A DNA stretch of 43,302 nt, from IMG/VR virus record IMGVR_UViG_3300044580_000031, positions 1 to 43,302 of that record; one strand, given 5' to 3'. Numbering within the stretch: position 1 is the first letter of the stretch; the number at the start of each line of letters is the position of its first letter. The notes below the pieces were generated by a model. It did not search any database. It was not told where the DNA came from and was given only the letters and a program-made list of their open reading frames with translations. This document shows, piece after piece, positions 31,787-40,029 of the stretch. The stretch comes from a virus. Its lineage: Duplodnaviria > Caudoviricetes. A program made the position numbers and the translations under genes.

Positions 31787-34747
31787 TTACAGCCCCTCCA
31801 CAAAATCAAATAACGTCGGCATGTCCTGATCTTCGTCCGCCGCTTTGCAGTATCCAACCCCGTCCCGGAAGTAGTCCGCGTTTAGCTCGATTCCCCGCCC
31901 GCGTCGCCCGAGCTTCATTGCCCGGACCGGTACCGTGAATAGCCCCGCAAAAGGATCCAGAATCTCATCGCCCACGTTGGTAAAGCGGTTGATAAACCGG
32001 TCCACGATATCGATCTGCAGGGGACATACGTGCATCTGCAGGCGGCGCTGGCTCTGCGAAGTGTTCAGCGTCTTCATGCGGTTGATATCGTCCCATACAG
32101 TATCCGACCAGCTCCCCGGCGCCACCACCATGAAGGAGGCCGGGAGCTTGTTCTTCTCGTCCAGGGTCTTTGCGAGTTCGACGTGCTCCTCATAGCTGTA
32201 CACGATTTCGCGGGAGTATTTCCGGTATGCCGCCTGCAGCTTTGGTACCGGCACGGACAATAATTCCTCCTTGGACACAGGCCGGTCCCCGGAGCTTCGC
32301 CAGAAGGCGTGCGCGTCGATCTGCCACTGCGCTCTGGTATATTCGTGCTTTGACTTCACGACCGGCACGTCGGCGTATCCGTTGCTGGTATCGCTCGGCA
32401 GCTTGCGGAACAATAGCAGATACTCCGGGCAGCCGACCCCCATTTTGGATCCGTCCTTGCATTGCTCCGACCAGCCCAGGCGGTAGGTTTGGTTATTCTC
32501 CCGGACCACGTCCGTCAGAATCGGGATCCTCCCGATATACCGGAAGCCGTGCTTCATGAAGTGCGCTACCGTCATATCGGAAAATGGCTCGACAGTCGGA
32601 AACCCGTCACCCGTCACGTTGCCGAACAGGACCCGGTCCTTCACATGGATCCCGGCAATCCTCCCCGGCATCAGTACCCGGAGGAGCTGCGGCGTGAGGA
32701 AATCCAGCTGATCGAAAAACACCTGGTCGTTCTCGTTGTACCCGAAATCGTTGTATGAAGCCGAGTATTCGTAGTGGTTTCCGAATGGAATGGAGGTCAT
32801 GATCGCTCCAATTGAATCTCTCTCCATCTTCTCCAGATCTAAAACGCAGTCGTTATTGACGGCTATGAAGTTCTTTCCCCTGACTTCCACCCGGTCAACC
32901 CCCATGGTCCTGGCGAGCTTCTCCATGATGGACGTGCTCGACAGGCCGTATTTTTGTATGATCTCTGTCATCTTAGCCGTGAGCTCGTCGTACTGCTTCC
33001 ACTTCTCCAGCAGCACCCGCAGAATAGGTTCCTCGCTGTCCGTGTAGATGATGTCGATTTTGACCCGCTCGGTTTGCAGGAACCGGTATATGCGATGGAT
33101 GGCCTGAATGAAATCGTTAAACTCATAGTCAATCCCGACGAATATCGCCCTGTGGCAGTACCGCTGAAAGTTACATCCGGATCCGGACAGCTCTTTCTTC
33201 GTGGCGAAGAGCCTTGTCCGGCCCTCGGAGAAGTCGATCACCCGCTTTTCTCTTAGGTCCAGGTCCTGGCTGCCGTAGATGCTTTGCAGCCCGTTTCTCG
33301 GAGCAATGAACCATGGCTCCATCTGCTTCTCAAATATCAGGATCCCGCCCTTTGTTATGCCGCATTGCTTCCATCCTGCCTTTTTGAAGCAACAGCCCGG
33401 ATTCACGCTCCTGATCTTTTCCGGATTCACATAGGTGTACATCCGTTCTCCCGGCCATCGTGTATAGGCGACCCGCTCAGCCTCGATAATAAGCTCTGAA
33501 GAAAGGATGTCGCCCTCATTCCGAAATACAGCGCAGTTCAGCCCCTCTTGGCCGCTGTCGTCCTTGAATTTCCTCCATACAAAAAGCGCGTCCTGGTTGG
33601 CCGTCATGAGGACCATCTTTTCACCGGGGCCGCAGAACAGCTTTCGTTCACGACCGTCCGCGTACTTGTAACAGGAATAATGCCTCTCATACATCTCCAG
33701 CGCCTTCTGGTTCCCGTCCTTGTATTCATGCCAGTGAATGAAGTCCTTTGAGGGGAATGTCCGCTCGATCTCTCGCCGCTCGTCCTCCAGATCGTGCCAC
33801 AGGATGAAATGCTCCTCCGGCGCCGCGGCGACGATCTCCGCTGCCTTCGCCACCCGCTCCCGGATGCTCTCTTTCTTGATGGCCATGGCATCCGCGAGCG
33901 ATACGGTAGGATCCCGCATAATGGCCATCTGCCCATCCCGCTCGATGATTGGTGCGGCCGGCGCGATGTGCAGCTTGTGGTATCGCACCTCCAGAGGCGG
34001 CAGCGCGTAGCCCTCATCCGAGTACCCGAGATCGGAAGGCTTTGTGACGAACAGCGCCCAGCTGGAGAGCCAGATGTAGAATTCCTTCTCTTTGTGCGGA
34101 TAAATGGTAAGGTTCCCGGCTTTGCTGCTGTCGCGCTGGAAGAACCGTGTGAGCGCCTGCCCGGTATCCATTATCTCCAGGAACCCGGCGTAGTGGATCA
34201 TTTCCTTGTACCGGTTCGGCGCCGGCGTCGCCGTGTTCACGAACTTGAACTGAACGCCCTTGTATTTGTCCAGAAACACCTGATAGGTCTTGGATCCGTA
34301 GGACCGCAGCACAGAAGCCTCATCCAGCGAGCAGACGGTGAAGTATTTCGGATCGATATCCCCGTCCCGCACCCGCTCATAGTTGGTGAGCAGAATGTCC
34401 CCGTCAGCTGCTCCGACCTCCGCCATGTTCCGCACATATTGCGGCGCCGGCATCCCCAGCAGTTCCACGGCGTCCCGCGTGAATTCCTGCTTGACGCCCA
34501 GGGGCAGGGTGATGAGGGCCTTCCCACCCGCGTGCTTGATAATCAGGCGGCAGGCCTCCAGCTGCTCCAGCGTCTTCCCGAGCCCGAATGCGGAGAAGTT
34601 TGCCCGCCTCCCGCCTCTTACCATCCATAGGACCGTGTCCCGCTCATGGGGTTTCAGGATGGGATTGACCTCATCCGCCGAGATGTCCAGTATCCCAGTG
34701 TCCGGCGCGATCTCCATTTTCTGCTTTAGAAACTCTATGTAGGTCAC
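31787..34747 (-). CDS. SNF2-like SF2 helicase fused to an N4/N6-type DNA methyltransferase, with an inserted Mom-like GNAT domain
   Basis: FGLGKT, LDEAS, TATPAPN and QAIHRIYRF helicase motifs; TSIPF and ILDPFAGLFT methylase motifs; about 150 extra aa (33290-33752) with CAVFRNE...YTYVNP..IRS.NPG.CFKKAGW. Confidence 0.85.
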   Translation of the reverse strand: MTYIEFLKQKMEIAPDTGILDISADEVNPILKPHERDTVLWMVRGGRRANFSAFGLGKTLEQLEACRLIIKHAGGKALITLPLGVKQEFTRDAVELLGMPAPQYVRNMAEVGAADGDILLTNYERVRDGDIDPKYFTVCSLDEASVLRSYGSKTYQVFLDKYKGVQFKFVNTATPAPNRYKEMIHYAGFLEIMDTGQALTRFFQRDSSKAGNLTIYPHKEKEFYIWLSSWALFVTKPSDLGYSDEGYALPPLEVRYHKLHIAPAAPIIERDGQMAIMRDPTVSLADAMAIKKESIRERVAKAAEIVAAAPEEHFILWHDLEDERREIERTFPSKDFIHWHEYKDGNQKALEMYERHYSCYKYADGRERKLFCGPGEKMVLMTANQDALFVWRKFKDDSGQEGLNCAVFRNEGDILSSELIIEAERVAYTRWPGERMYTYVNPEKIRSVNPGCCFKKAGWKQCGITKGGILIFEKQMEPWFIAPRNGLQSIYGSQDLDLREKRVIDFSEGRTRLFATKKELSGSGCNFQRYCHRAIFVGIDYEFNDFIQAIHRIYRFLQTERVKIDIIYTDSEEPILRVLLEKWKQYDELTAKMTEIIQKYGLSSTSIMEKLARTMGVDRVEVRGKNFIAVNNDCVLDLEKMERDSIGAIMTSIPFGNHYEYSASYNDFGYNENDQVFFDQLDFLTPQLLRVLMPGRIAGIHVKDRVLFGNVTGDGFPTVEPFSDMTVAHFMKHGFRYIGRIPILTDVVRENNQTYRLGWSEQCKDGSKMGVGCPEYLLLFRKLPSDTSNGYADVPVVKSKHEYTRAQWQIDAHAFWRSSGDRPVSKEELLSVPVPKLQAAYRKYSREIVYSYEEHVELAKTLDEKNKLPASFMVVAPGSWSDTVWDDINRMKTLNTSQSQRRLQMHVCPLQIDIVDRFINRFTNVGDEILDPFAGLFTVPVRAMKLGRRGRGIELNADYFRDGVGYCKAADEDQDMPTLFDFVEGL

Positions 34748-34787
34748 ACCCGCACCGCCTTCGGTACCCTAACCCGCTCCGTCTGCA

Positions 34788-34833
34788 TCATCCCGCTCAC
34801 CCTTTTTCCGTCTTGTGTGCGTCTATGATGGCG
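34788..34833 (+). repeat. 46-bp perfect direct repeat, copy 1 (copy 2 at 36275-36320)
   Basis: TCATCCCGCTCACCCTTTTTCCGTCTTGTGTGCGTCTATGATGGCG occurs twice. Confidence 0.95.
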
Positions 34834-35351
34834 GTCAGGGCATCGGCGGCATCAACGGTTATATCCTGACAGCATTCATATTTGCAGCTATTGCACCTCA
34901 AGCTATCAACTGTTGTGATGGCCAACCACTCCAAATCCTCTATCGCCTTATCCGCTCTGGCATTGGCGGCATCGAGGGCGGCGAGAAGGGATTCAACATC
35001 CTCCCATGACTTTTCCAGAGCGATTGCGTCAGGATGGTCTATGTATTCCTCATGTCCGATACGGTAAGCCAAGCCGCCTATTGGTTTTGCTAGTTTGTCA
35101 GAGCGCGTCATTCCTTTTCCGTGTCTCTCGGTGACTTTCCCTTCATAGGTTTCGTACTCTTGAAACACAGGGCAAGCATCCTGCATACCCCAGCGCTCAA
35201 ACTGCATGACGTAATATTGCCCGCTGTGATCCGTCACCAATTGGCACTGGTGTGTCTTGGTTCGCATAATCCATCGATAAGGCCCCGGTGTTGCCTTGCT
35301 GTGCCTCTCCCGTATCGCCTGTAGCTGCTCGGCGGTCAGTATGTCAGTCAT
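34797..35351 (-). CDS. Ead/Ea22-like phage protein
   Basis: LQAIRERHSKATPGPY.W...HPDA......EDVESLLAALD. Confidence 0.65.
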   Translation of the reverse strand: MTDILTAEQLQAIRERHSKATPGPYRWIMRTKTHQCQLVTDHSGQYYVMQFERWGMQDACPVFQEYETYEGKVTERHGKGMTRSDKLAKPIGGLAYRIGHEEYIDHPDAIALEKSWEDVESLLAALDAANARADKAIEDLEWLAITTVDSLRCNSCKYECCQDITVDAADALTAIIDAHKTEKG

Positions 35352-35571
35352 GTGCGGCCTCCTGAGTATCCTTGCAGTAACCCTTTTCCACGAACCGGAA
35401 TTGTCCGCGCAAAAGAATGTGTTCCACAGAGCCGCATCCCATTTCGTCGCAATTATGTTCTTGGTCGTCACCGTCTTCCGGGTTTCCGGTGATAATTATC
35501 TCATCATTGCGTATCAGCACCTTTTCAACGCCCAAAAGCATTTTGTATTCTTCTTCACGGTATTTCACCAT
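35344..35571 (-). CDS. Hypothetical phage protein
   Basis: Start MVKY after an RBS; HNCDEMGCGSVEH motif. Confidence 0.55.
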   Translation of the reverse strand: MVKYREEEYKMLLGVEKVLIRNDEIIITGNPEDGDDQEHNCDEMGCGSVEHILLRGQFRFVEKGYCKDTQEAAHD

Positions 35572-35572
35572 G

Positions 35573-35848
35573 TCATTCTCCCTTCTTCCATCTGCATCCG
35601 TCACACGCGCCGATATGTGCCGCTTTGTACTGCCCACATCGGAGGCACAGCTCATTGCGGAGGTCGGCTATGTCGGACGGCGTGAGGTTGGTGTCCTCGT
35701 AGGCGGCAAGGCGGTCAACGGCTTTCCCTCTGACGGCATATCCCATCGCAGGCGGGAGGGCAGTAACGTAAATGTCACCATCTGCGTCATTAAACCTATC
35801 GACTATTAGTGTGCTCTTACCGCTGTATCGCTCAATAAGTTTTTCCAT
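35573..35848 (-). CDS. Conserved clostridial phage protein
   Basis: DRLAAYEDTNLTP..I...RNELCLRCG.YK.AH.GACDGCRW. Confidence 0.7.
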   Translation of the reverse strand: MEKLIERYSGKSTLIVDRFNDADGDIYVTALPPAMGYAVRGKAVDRLAAYEDTNLTPSDIADLRNELCLRCGQYKAAHIGACDGCRWKKGE

Positions 35849-35851
35849 CCC

Positions 35852-36094
35852 TCACACCTCCGGCGCGGCTATCGTCATATTCGTCCAGCATCTGTCGCAA
35901 TAACGGTTGTGTACAAGCCTGTTGTTCTGCAATCCGCACGATGGGCATACCGGCTCATATTTTGCTCGCAGCGCGGCGAGTTCGGCTTTCTGCTTGCGAT
36001 ACGCTTTCCGCAGTCGGTTGATGGTTTCTATGGCCTCGTCCGGTGTCAGCAAGTCTTCGGTGGTGCGGAGTTTGATGTTGACTTTATCGTCCAT
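35852..36094 (-). CDS. Small zinc-ribbon hypothetical protein
   Basis: CPSCG...YCDRC; in operon order. Confidence 0.6.
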   Translation of the reverse strand: MDDKVNIKLRTTEDLLTPDEAIETINRLRKAYRKQKAELAALRAKYEPVCPSCGLQNNRLVHNRYCDRCWTNMTIAAPEV

Positions 36095-36287
36095 TCGTTG
36101 CTTGCCTCATTTCTCTGATGATTCGCATTTGCTCCATGAATAGGCCGGAGCGCTCGCCCGACAAGCCGGCGCGTTTACCGGCAACCGATAAGTCTTGACA
36201 GGGACTGCCTCCGGTGATTACATCCACAGGCTCGATGTCCGCACCGTTGATTTTGCATATGTCACCTAAGTGTGTCATCCCGCTCAC
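36084..36287 (-). pseudogene. Fragment of a C5-cytosine DNA methyltransferase (catalytic PC region only)
   Basis: HLGDI...DVITGGSPCQDLSVAGKRAGL.GERSGLF; no FxGxG motif I, ENV motif or TRD; 67 aa. Confidence 0.8.
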
Positions 36288-36320
36288 CCTTTTTCCGTCT
36301 TGTGTGCGTCTATGATGGCG
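36275..36320 (+). repeat. 46-bp perfect direct repeat, copy 2
   Basis: Identical to 34788-34833. Confidence 0.95.
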
Positions 36321-36448
36321 TCGCTGCGAAACATTCCGACCAGTTCCTCACCCGCATACACAAACAAGTAGTCCCCGTGTACGGTCATGTAATCGCCGTT
36401 GATGATGCTGGTGCTGTCTGTTGTCTTGATGAAAAATCTGCTGCTCAC
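36284..36448 (-). CDS. Small hypothetical protein (54 aa) ending AIIDAHKTEKG
   Basis: GTG start after RBS GGAGGGGA; not in the supplied ORF track. Confidence 0.55.
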   Translation of the reverse strand: MSSRFFIKTTDSTSIINGDYMTVHGDYLFVYAGEELVGMFRSDAIIDAHKTEKG

Positions 36449-36462
36449 GCTATCCCCTCCGC

Positions 36463-37707
36463 CTAAATCAAAAACTCATCGTATTGCAGGGCTTCCAGCA
36501 GCTCCGAGCGCGGCGTCAGCCGGTCAAACGCGCAGGGCCGCATATCTATCAGATAATCGCTGTCCAAAGTGTTGAGTTTCACGTCGTTGCTGATGGCGCA
36601 GGCGTAAGTTTTCATTTCACGAGCCATCCCGTACCGCATGAGTGCTTCCCATTTCTGCGGGTAATGCTTCCGCAGGATCTCGATGTTATTGCCCGCGAAG
36701 GCGAGCCCCGTCCCGCAGACATAACAGCCGTTGCGCTCGAAAAGCTTGTATCCGACATCATCGGTGAGATCATACAAAGCGGAGTACGGGCAGCTCCGCG
36801 ACCGGATATAGGCCCATATATCATCATCCGTAAATATGGAAAGAGGATTTGAATAGAGGTACCCGCTGGCCTCGTACAGAAAGCCATAGTCCAAGAATGT
36901 GAAGGTCCGCCGCCTTGATTCACTGGCGAGCAGCCCGCGGAAGAGCGTGTCGCATCCGAGTTCGCACTGAAGGCGTTCAGACGGAGCCTCTTTGATCCAG
37001 TAGCAACAGGAATGGGAGATTCGCAGATCCGGGTATTGCTCCAGCATGGCGTAATACTCCTTGTTGCCCTCGGACTTCTCGCTGCTGTATTTCAGAAATA
37101 CGTTGATATTAATCCGTGGCGCATCCAACTTCGTGGCATCTTTCCCGAGTATCGGGAAGCCGTATTGTTCGGCGATAAACCAGAAGCTGACCGGAGTCCC
37201 GACCTCCCAAACGAGCTTACGTCTCCGGAAGTCCTCCCACATTTCAGGCGTGACCGCCTCATTTAGCTTGTCCGTGTAGAGGAGGCGCCCCTTCTTGTTG
37301 AGATACCGCTTTACCTCGCCCTGTTCCTCAATCAGCGCCCATACCTCTTTCTGTGCCTCATATTTCAGGCGAGGTACCTTCAGCCTGTCCAGTTTCGTCT
37401 CAAAGAAGTTTTCGCCGCCCCATTCCTTGCCGATCCTTCGCGCGAACTCCAGGGATTCTCTGTATTCCACCCCTGTATTGCCGAATATGACGATCATGCT
37501 TTTGGCGTCTTCCGGGCACGTCTCGCGGATCAGATGCCATAGGGCCGTGCTGTCTTTTCCGCCGGAGAACGCGAGCGCGACTTTCTTTCCGCTGCGGAAT
37601 GTCTTGCGTATGATGGATTTTGCGACGCGGATTTTTCTTTCCAGTGGTAAGGACTGCATCCGTTGCAGCTGGGCATATGTATAGACGCTTTGCTTTTTCC
37701 GGCTCAT
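36463..37707 (-). CDS. PAPS-reductase-family (PP-loop) protein
   Basis: AFSGGKDS, GNTGVEY, SCCYWIKE, GLLASESRRR, NPLSIFTDDDIW and RNGCYVCG motifs; start MSRKK. Confidence 0.9.
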   Translation of the reverse strand: MSRKKQSVYTYAQLQRMQSLPLERKIRVAKSIIRKTFRSGKKVALAFSGGKDSTALWHLIRETCPEDAKSMIVIFGNTGVEYRESLEFARRIGKEWGGENFFETKLDRLKVPRLKYEAQKEVWALIEEQGEVKRYLNKKGRLLYTDKLNEAVTPEMWEDFRRRKLVWEVGTPVSFWFIAEQYGFPILGKDATKLDAPRININVFLKYSSEKSEGNKEYYAMLEQYPDLRISHSCCYWIKEAPSERLQCELGCDTLFRGLLASESRRRTFTFLDYGFLYEASGYLYSNPLSIFTDDDIWAYIRSRSCPYSALYDLTDDVGYKLFERNGCYVCGTGLAFAGNNIEILRKHYPQKWEALMRYGMAREMKTYACAISNDVKLNTLDSDYLIDMRPCAFDRLTPRSELLEALQYDEFLI

Positions 37708-38165
37708 CCCAGGCCGCCCTGCTCCACCCGCTCGAAGTTCATCAGATTCTCCATACTCAGCGGATCCGGCCCCCACTCCCCGTCCACATACCACATCGGC
37801 GCCTCCCGTCCGGCAAGCAGCTCTTCCATCGTCTTCGTCTCGCTCAGGAACCCGCATGGCTCGATGTACAGGGCCCTCGGTTCGCCCCAATCCGGCAGCG
37901 TCTTCTCCCACGTCAGAAAACAGATATCTTTCCGCCCCCGGATGCCCGGCGTCTCGACCCGCAGCCCCTCCTCGTTAATCTCCAGGATGCGGGGCAGGAT
38001 CAATGTGAAGAACCTCGTTCCTTGATACCTGATGTACCGCAGCTGCTGCCCTACCTTCAGCCGGTACCCGTATTCTCCGGTTTTAATCTCCGGCAGGATC
38101 CAGAATTTTGTACCCCGCGCATGACCCAGTAACACGCGGGGATAGGTGAGCAGTATTTCATTCAT
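37704..38165 (-). CDS. Hypothetical phage protein (153 aa)
   Basis: Coupled with its neighbours. Confidence 0.6.
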   Translation of the reverse strand: MNEILLTYPRVLLGHARGTKFWILPEIKTGEYGYRLKVGQQLRYIRYQGTRFFTLILPRILEINEEGLRVETPGIRGRKDICFLTWEKTLPDWGEPRALYIEPCGFLSETKTMEELLAGREAPMWYVDGEWGPDPLSMENLMNFERVEQGGLG

Positions 38166-38799
38166 TTCCGTTCACCCCCATGGCCGCGCTTGCGCCTTCC
38201 AGGAATGATATCTGCCGGCAGACTTCGAAGGACTTGAACCCCTCAAAATCTTCCGCCAGCAGATCCGCGACGACATGGTCCCTATCCGCCCAGGCCTGCC
38301 CGAACGTCGCCACAAGGTTTGACCAGTCCTCCAGGTCATGATGCAGAATTTCTCCGTCCTCGCCGATATGCCGCATTTCGTGGTAGATAAGCGCCACGGC
38401 CTGCTCCCGTGACATCCGCACGAAAAACCAGTCCCGGACCTCAATAATAAAGCTGTAGCCCCAGGCGGATTTCAGCATCGGCGGAGCCTTCTTGCACCTG
38501 GCCACCCATTGCCATGCGTGGCCGCTCTTCGGCGGCTCCCAGGACACATTTTGCAGCCAGAGGATCGACCCCGGCGCGATGTGACTGAGCTCCTCGAACT
38601 TCTCCGCTAACCTGGCCGCTATGGGCCTATAGAAGTCGTTCCGGATCTCATGCTCGTCCCCGAAGCCCGCGCGGTCGATGCTCCCGAGCTTCCGGATAAA
38701 CCCGTTTTCGTCGGCATACTGCACGCAGGCGCTCCCGTCCAGATCCTTCTCGATCTCGATCAGCCCGCTCTCGTCGTTAACGATCTGCAGTTTTTTCAT
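38158..38799 (-). CDS. Putative phage metallopeptidase (HExxH)
   Basis: FIIEV.......MSREQAVALIYHEMRHIG...HDLEDW. Confidence 0.75.
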   Translation of the reverse strand: MKKLQIVNDESGLIEIEKDLDGSACVQYADENGFIRKLGSIDRAGFGDEHEIRNDFYRPIAARLAEKFEELSHIAPGSILWLQNVSWEPPKSGHAWQWVARCKKAPPMLKSAWGYSFIIEVRDWFFVRMSREQAVALIYHEMRHIGEDGEILHHDLEDWSNLVATFGQAWADRDHVVADLLAEDFEGFKSFEVCRQISFLEGASAAMGVNGNE

Positions 38800-38808
38800 A
38801 CTGCCCTC

Positions 38809-39075
38809 CTAAAATCCGTCGAACGGTGCCACCGGGCACCACCAGATATCATTTTTCTTCCGCATTCTCGCAGGATCAACGACATTCCCGCTATCGGTTT
38901 GCCACCAGAGTTTCGGGCTGCTGCTGCGCGGATCCGGCCGCAGGTACCCAATCTCATGCCTCTCGGCAGGGCCAAATACATAGCCGATTTTCGGAACGAT
39001 CCGTATGGCCGTCAATTCGTCAGGCCTCGGCTTCAGGTCTATCCTGGTCAAATCAAGGCGCTTCCATTTGCTCAT
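38809..39075 (-). CDS. Hypothetical phage protein (88 aa)
   Basis: RBS GGAGGGA; in operon order. Confidence 0.6.
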   Translation of the reverse strand: MSKWKRLDLTRIDLKPRPDELTAIRIVPKIGYVFGPAERHEIGYLRPDPRSSSPKLWWQTDSGNVVDPARMRKKNDIWWCPVAPFDGF

Positions 39076-39085
39076 GCTTTCCCTC

Positions 39086-39265
39086 CTAAAATCCCAGCAG
39101 CGCGCACATCGCGCCGCATATCACCATGGGGGCGAATATCCCGACGATCACCGCGACCGTCAGCCGGCCGTCATTCTCCATAATCCACCGGCCGATCCCC
39201 CGCAAGGCTTCCCCTTGAGGAGAAGCTGTCGCCTCTGGCGACTGATGAGGTGTCCCCTTGTTCAC
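39086..39265 (-). CDS. Small membrane protein (59 aa) carrying an in-frame REP-like element
   Basis: GTG overlapping the upstream TGA, strong RBS; VNKGTPHQSPEATASPQGEAL...LTVAVIVGIFAPMVICGAMCALLGF. Confidence 0.55.
   Translation of the reverse strand: MNKGTPHQSPEATASPQGEALRGIGRWIMENDGRLTVAVIVGIFAPMVICGAMCALLGF
39204..39253 (-). repeat. REP-like double-hairpin element
   Basis: + strand AAGGCTTCCCCTTGAGGAGAAGCTG-TCGCCTCTGGCGA-CTGATGAGGTGT. Confidence 0.75.
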
Positions 39266-39504
39266 GCGCTCTCCCTCCCCTCAAACGGTACGCCCCGGAT
39301 GCGCTCCCATTCCGATATCCCCTCCAGGCGGAGCTTGTCCGCCGCCTCCGCGCCGAAGAGAGCGAGGACGGTGCAGGATGTGTGCGAGGCCCGGCGCTGC
39401 GCGTCAATGTGCGCCTCGGTACCATCCACGGCCAGCGCCATGTCGCGAATCGCTATCATGTAATAGCCGTAGAGCGTGTCCAGGATCTCATCATTAAGGT
39501 TCAC
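39262..39504 (-). CDS. Hypothetical phage protein (80 aa)
   Basis: GTG start overlapping the upstream stop; RBS AGGAGGGA. Confidence 0.55.
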   Translation of the reverse strand: MNLNDEILDTLYGYYMIAIRDMALAVDGTEAHIDAQRRASHTSCTVLALFGAEAADKLRLEGISEWERIRGVPFEGRESA

Positions 39505-39722
39505 GCGCTTTCCCTCCTTACCATGTCGCAGCCGTACACGGCCGCGAACTCCGTCTTCTCCAGATGCCGGCACTTCTTTTTCTGGCAGCAGTACAGGCAG
39601 ATCGCCTCCCCTGTGACAGGGCATGTCCGCACCGCGCCCGGATGCCAGGTACGTTCGCAGACGTCGCACTTCTTCGGCGTCAGCCGCGGCGGTACCCACG
39701 GAATTTCTTTGCCGATTGCCAT
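39501..39722 (-). CDS. Small Cys-rich protein
   Basis: CDVC...CP.....ICLYCC...C; RBS AGGAGG. Confidence 0.65.
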   Translation of the reverse strand: MAIGKEIPWVPPRLTPKKCDVCERTWHPGAVRTCPVTGEAICLYCCQKKKCRHLEKTEFAAVYGCDMVRRESA

Positions 39723-39731
39723 AATGTCCTC

Positions 39732-39953
39732 CTATCGGTAGTATTCTGGAAACACTTTTTCAGGCTGCGGCAGATCTATCTCCGGTGTGAAGACAGCATG
39801 CCCGCGGAATATGCCGTTCAGGTATGTTTCCCGCAGTTTGACACCCGCGTAGTTCTTCTGTTCTTCGTTCAGGATGTCAGACGGGACGAGATGCCCATTG
39901 ATCTGGAAATATGATCTGGTATGTATTTTTTCTGTACGTCTCACATCCATCAC
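39732..39953 (-). CDS. Small protein (72-73 aa); candidate recombination directionality factor
   Basis: Own RBS GGGGGTGA and own sporulation-type promoter; function inferred from context only. Confidence 0.55.
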   Translation of the reverse strand: MMDVRRTEKIHTRSYFQINGHLVPSDILNEEQKNYAGVKLRETYLNGIFRGHAVFTPEIDLPQPEKVFPEYYR

Positions 39954-39960
39954 CCCCGCC

Positions 39961-39990
39961 TATCCTATGCAACGCCCGTTTGTCCATATT
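39961..39990 (-). promoter_or_regulatory. Putative mother-cell sigmaE/sigmaK-type promoter
   Basis: - strand ATA-N17-CATAGGAT matches the ATA-N16/18-CATAnnnT pattern and lies just upstream of an RBS. Confidence 0.55.
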
Positions 39991-40029
39991 TCCGTTTCCC
40001 AGATCCCTCAGTAATCCGCCTCCGCGCCC

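Noticed and set aside
33290-33752. Helicase insertion as an intein or intron
   Set aside because: No HINT blocks, no terminal HN followed by C/S/T and no homing-endonuclease motif; the frame is continuous and the motifs look GNAT/Mom-like
39238-39253. CTGATGAG as a hammerhead ribozyme core (also GGATGAG near 11264)
   Set aside because: No stem II followed by GAAA or matching cleavage triplet; the motif is part of the REP-like element and lies on the non-transcribed strand
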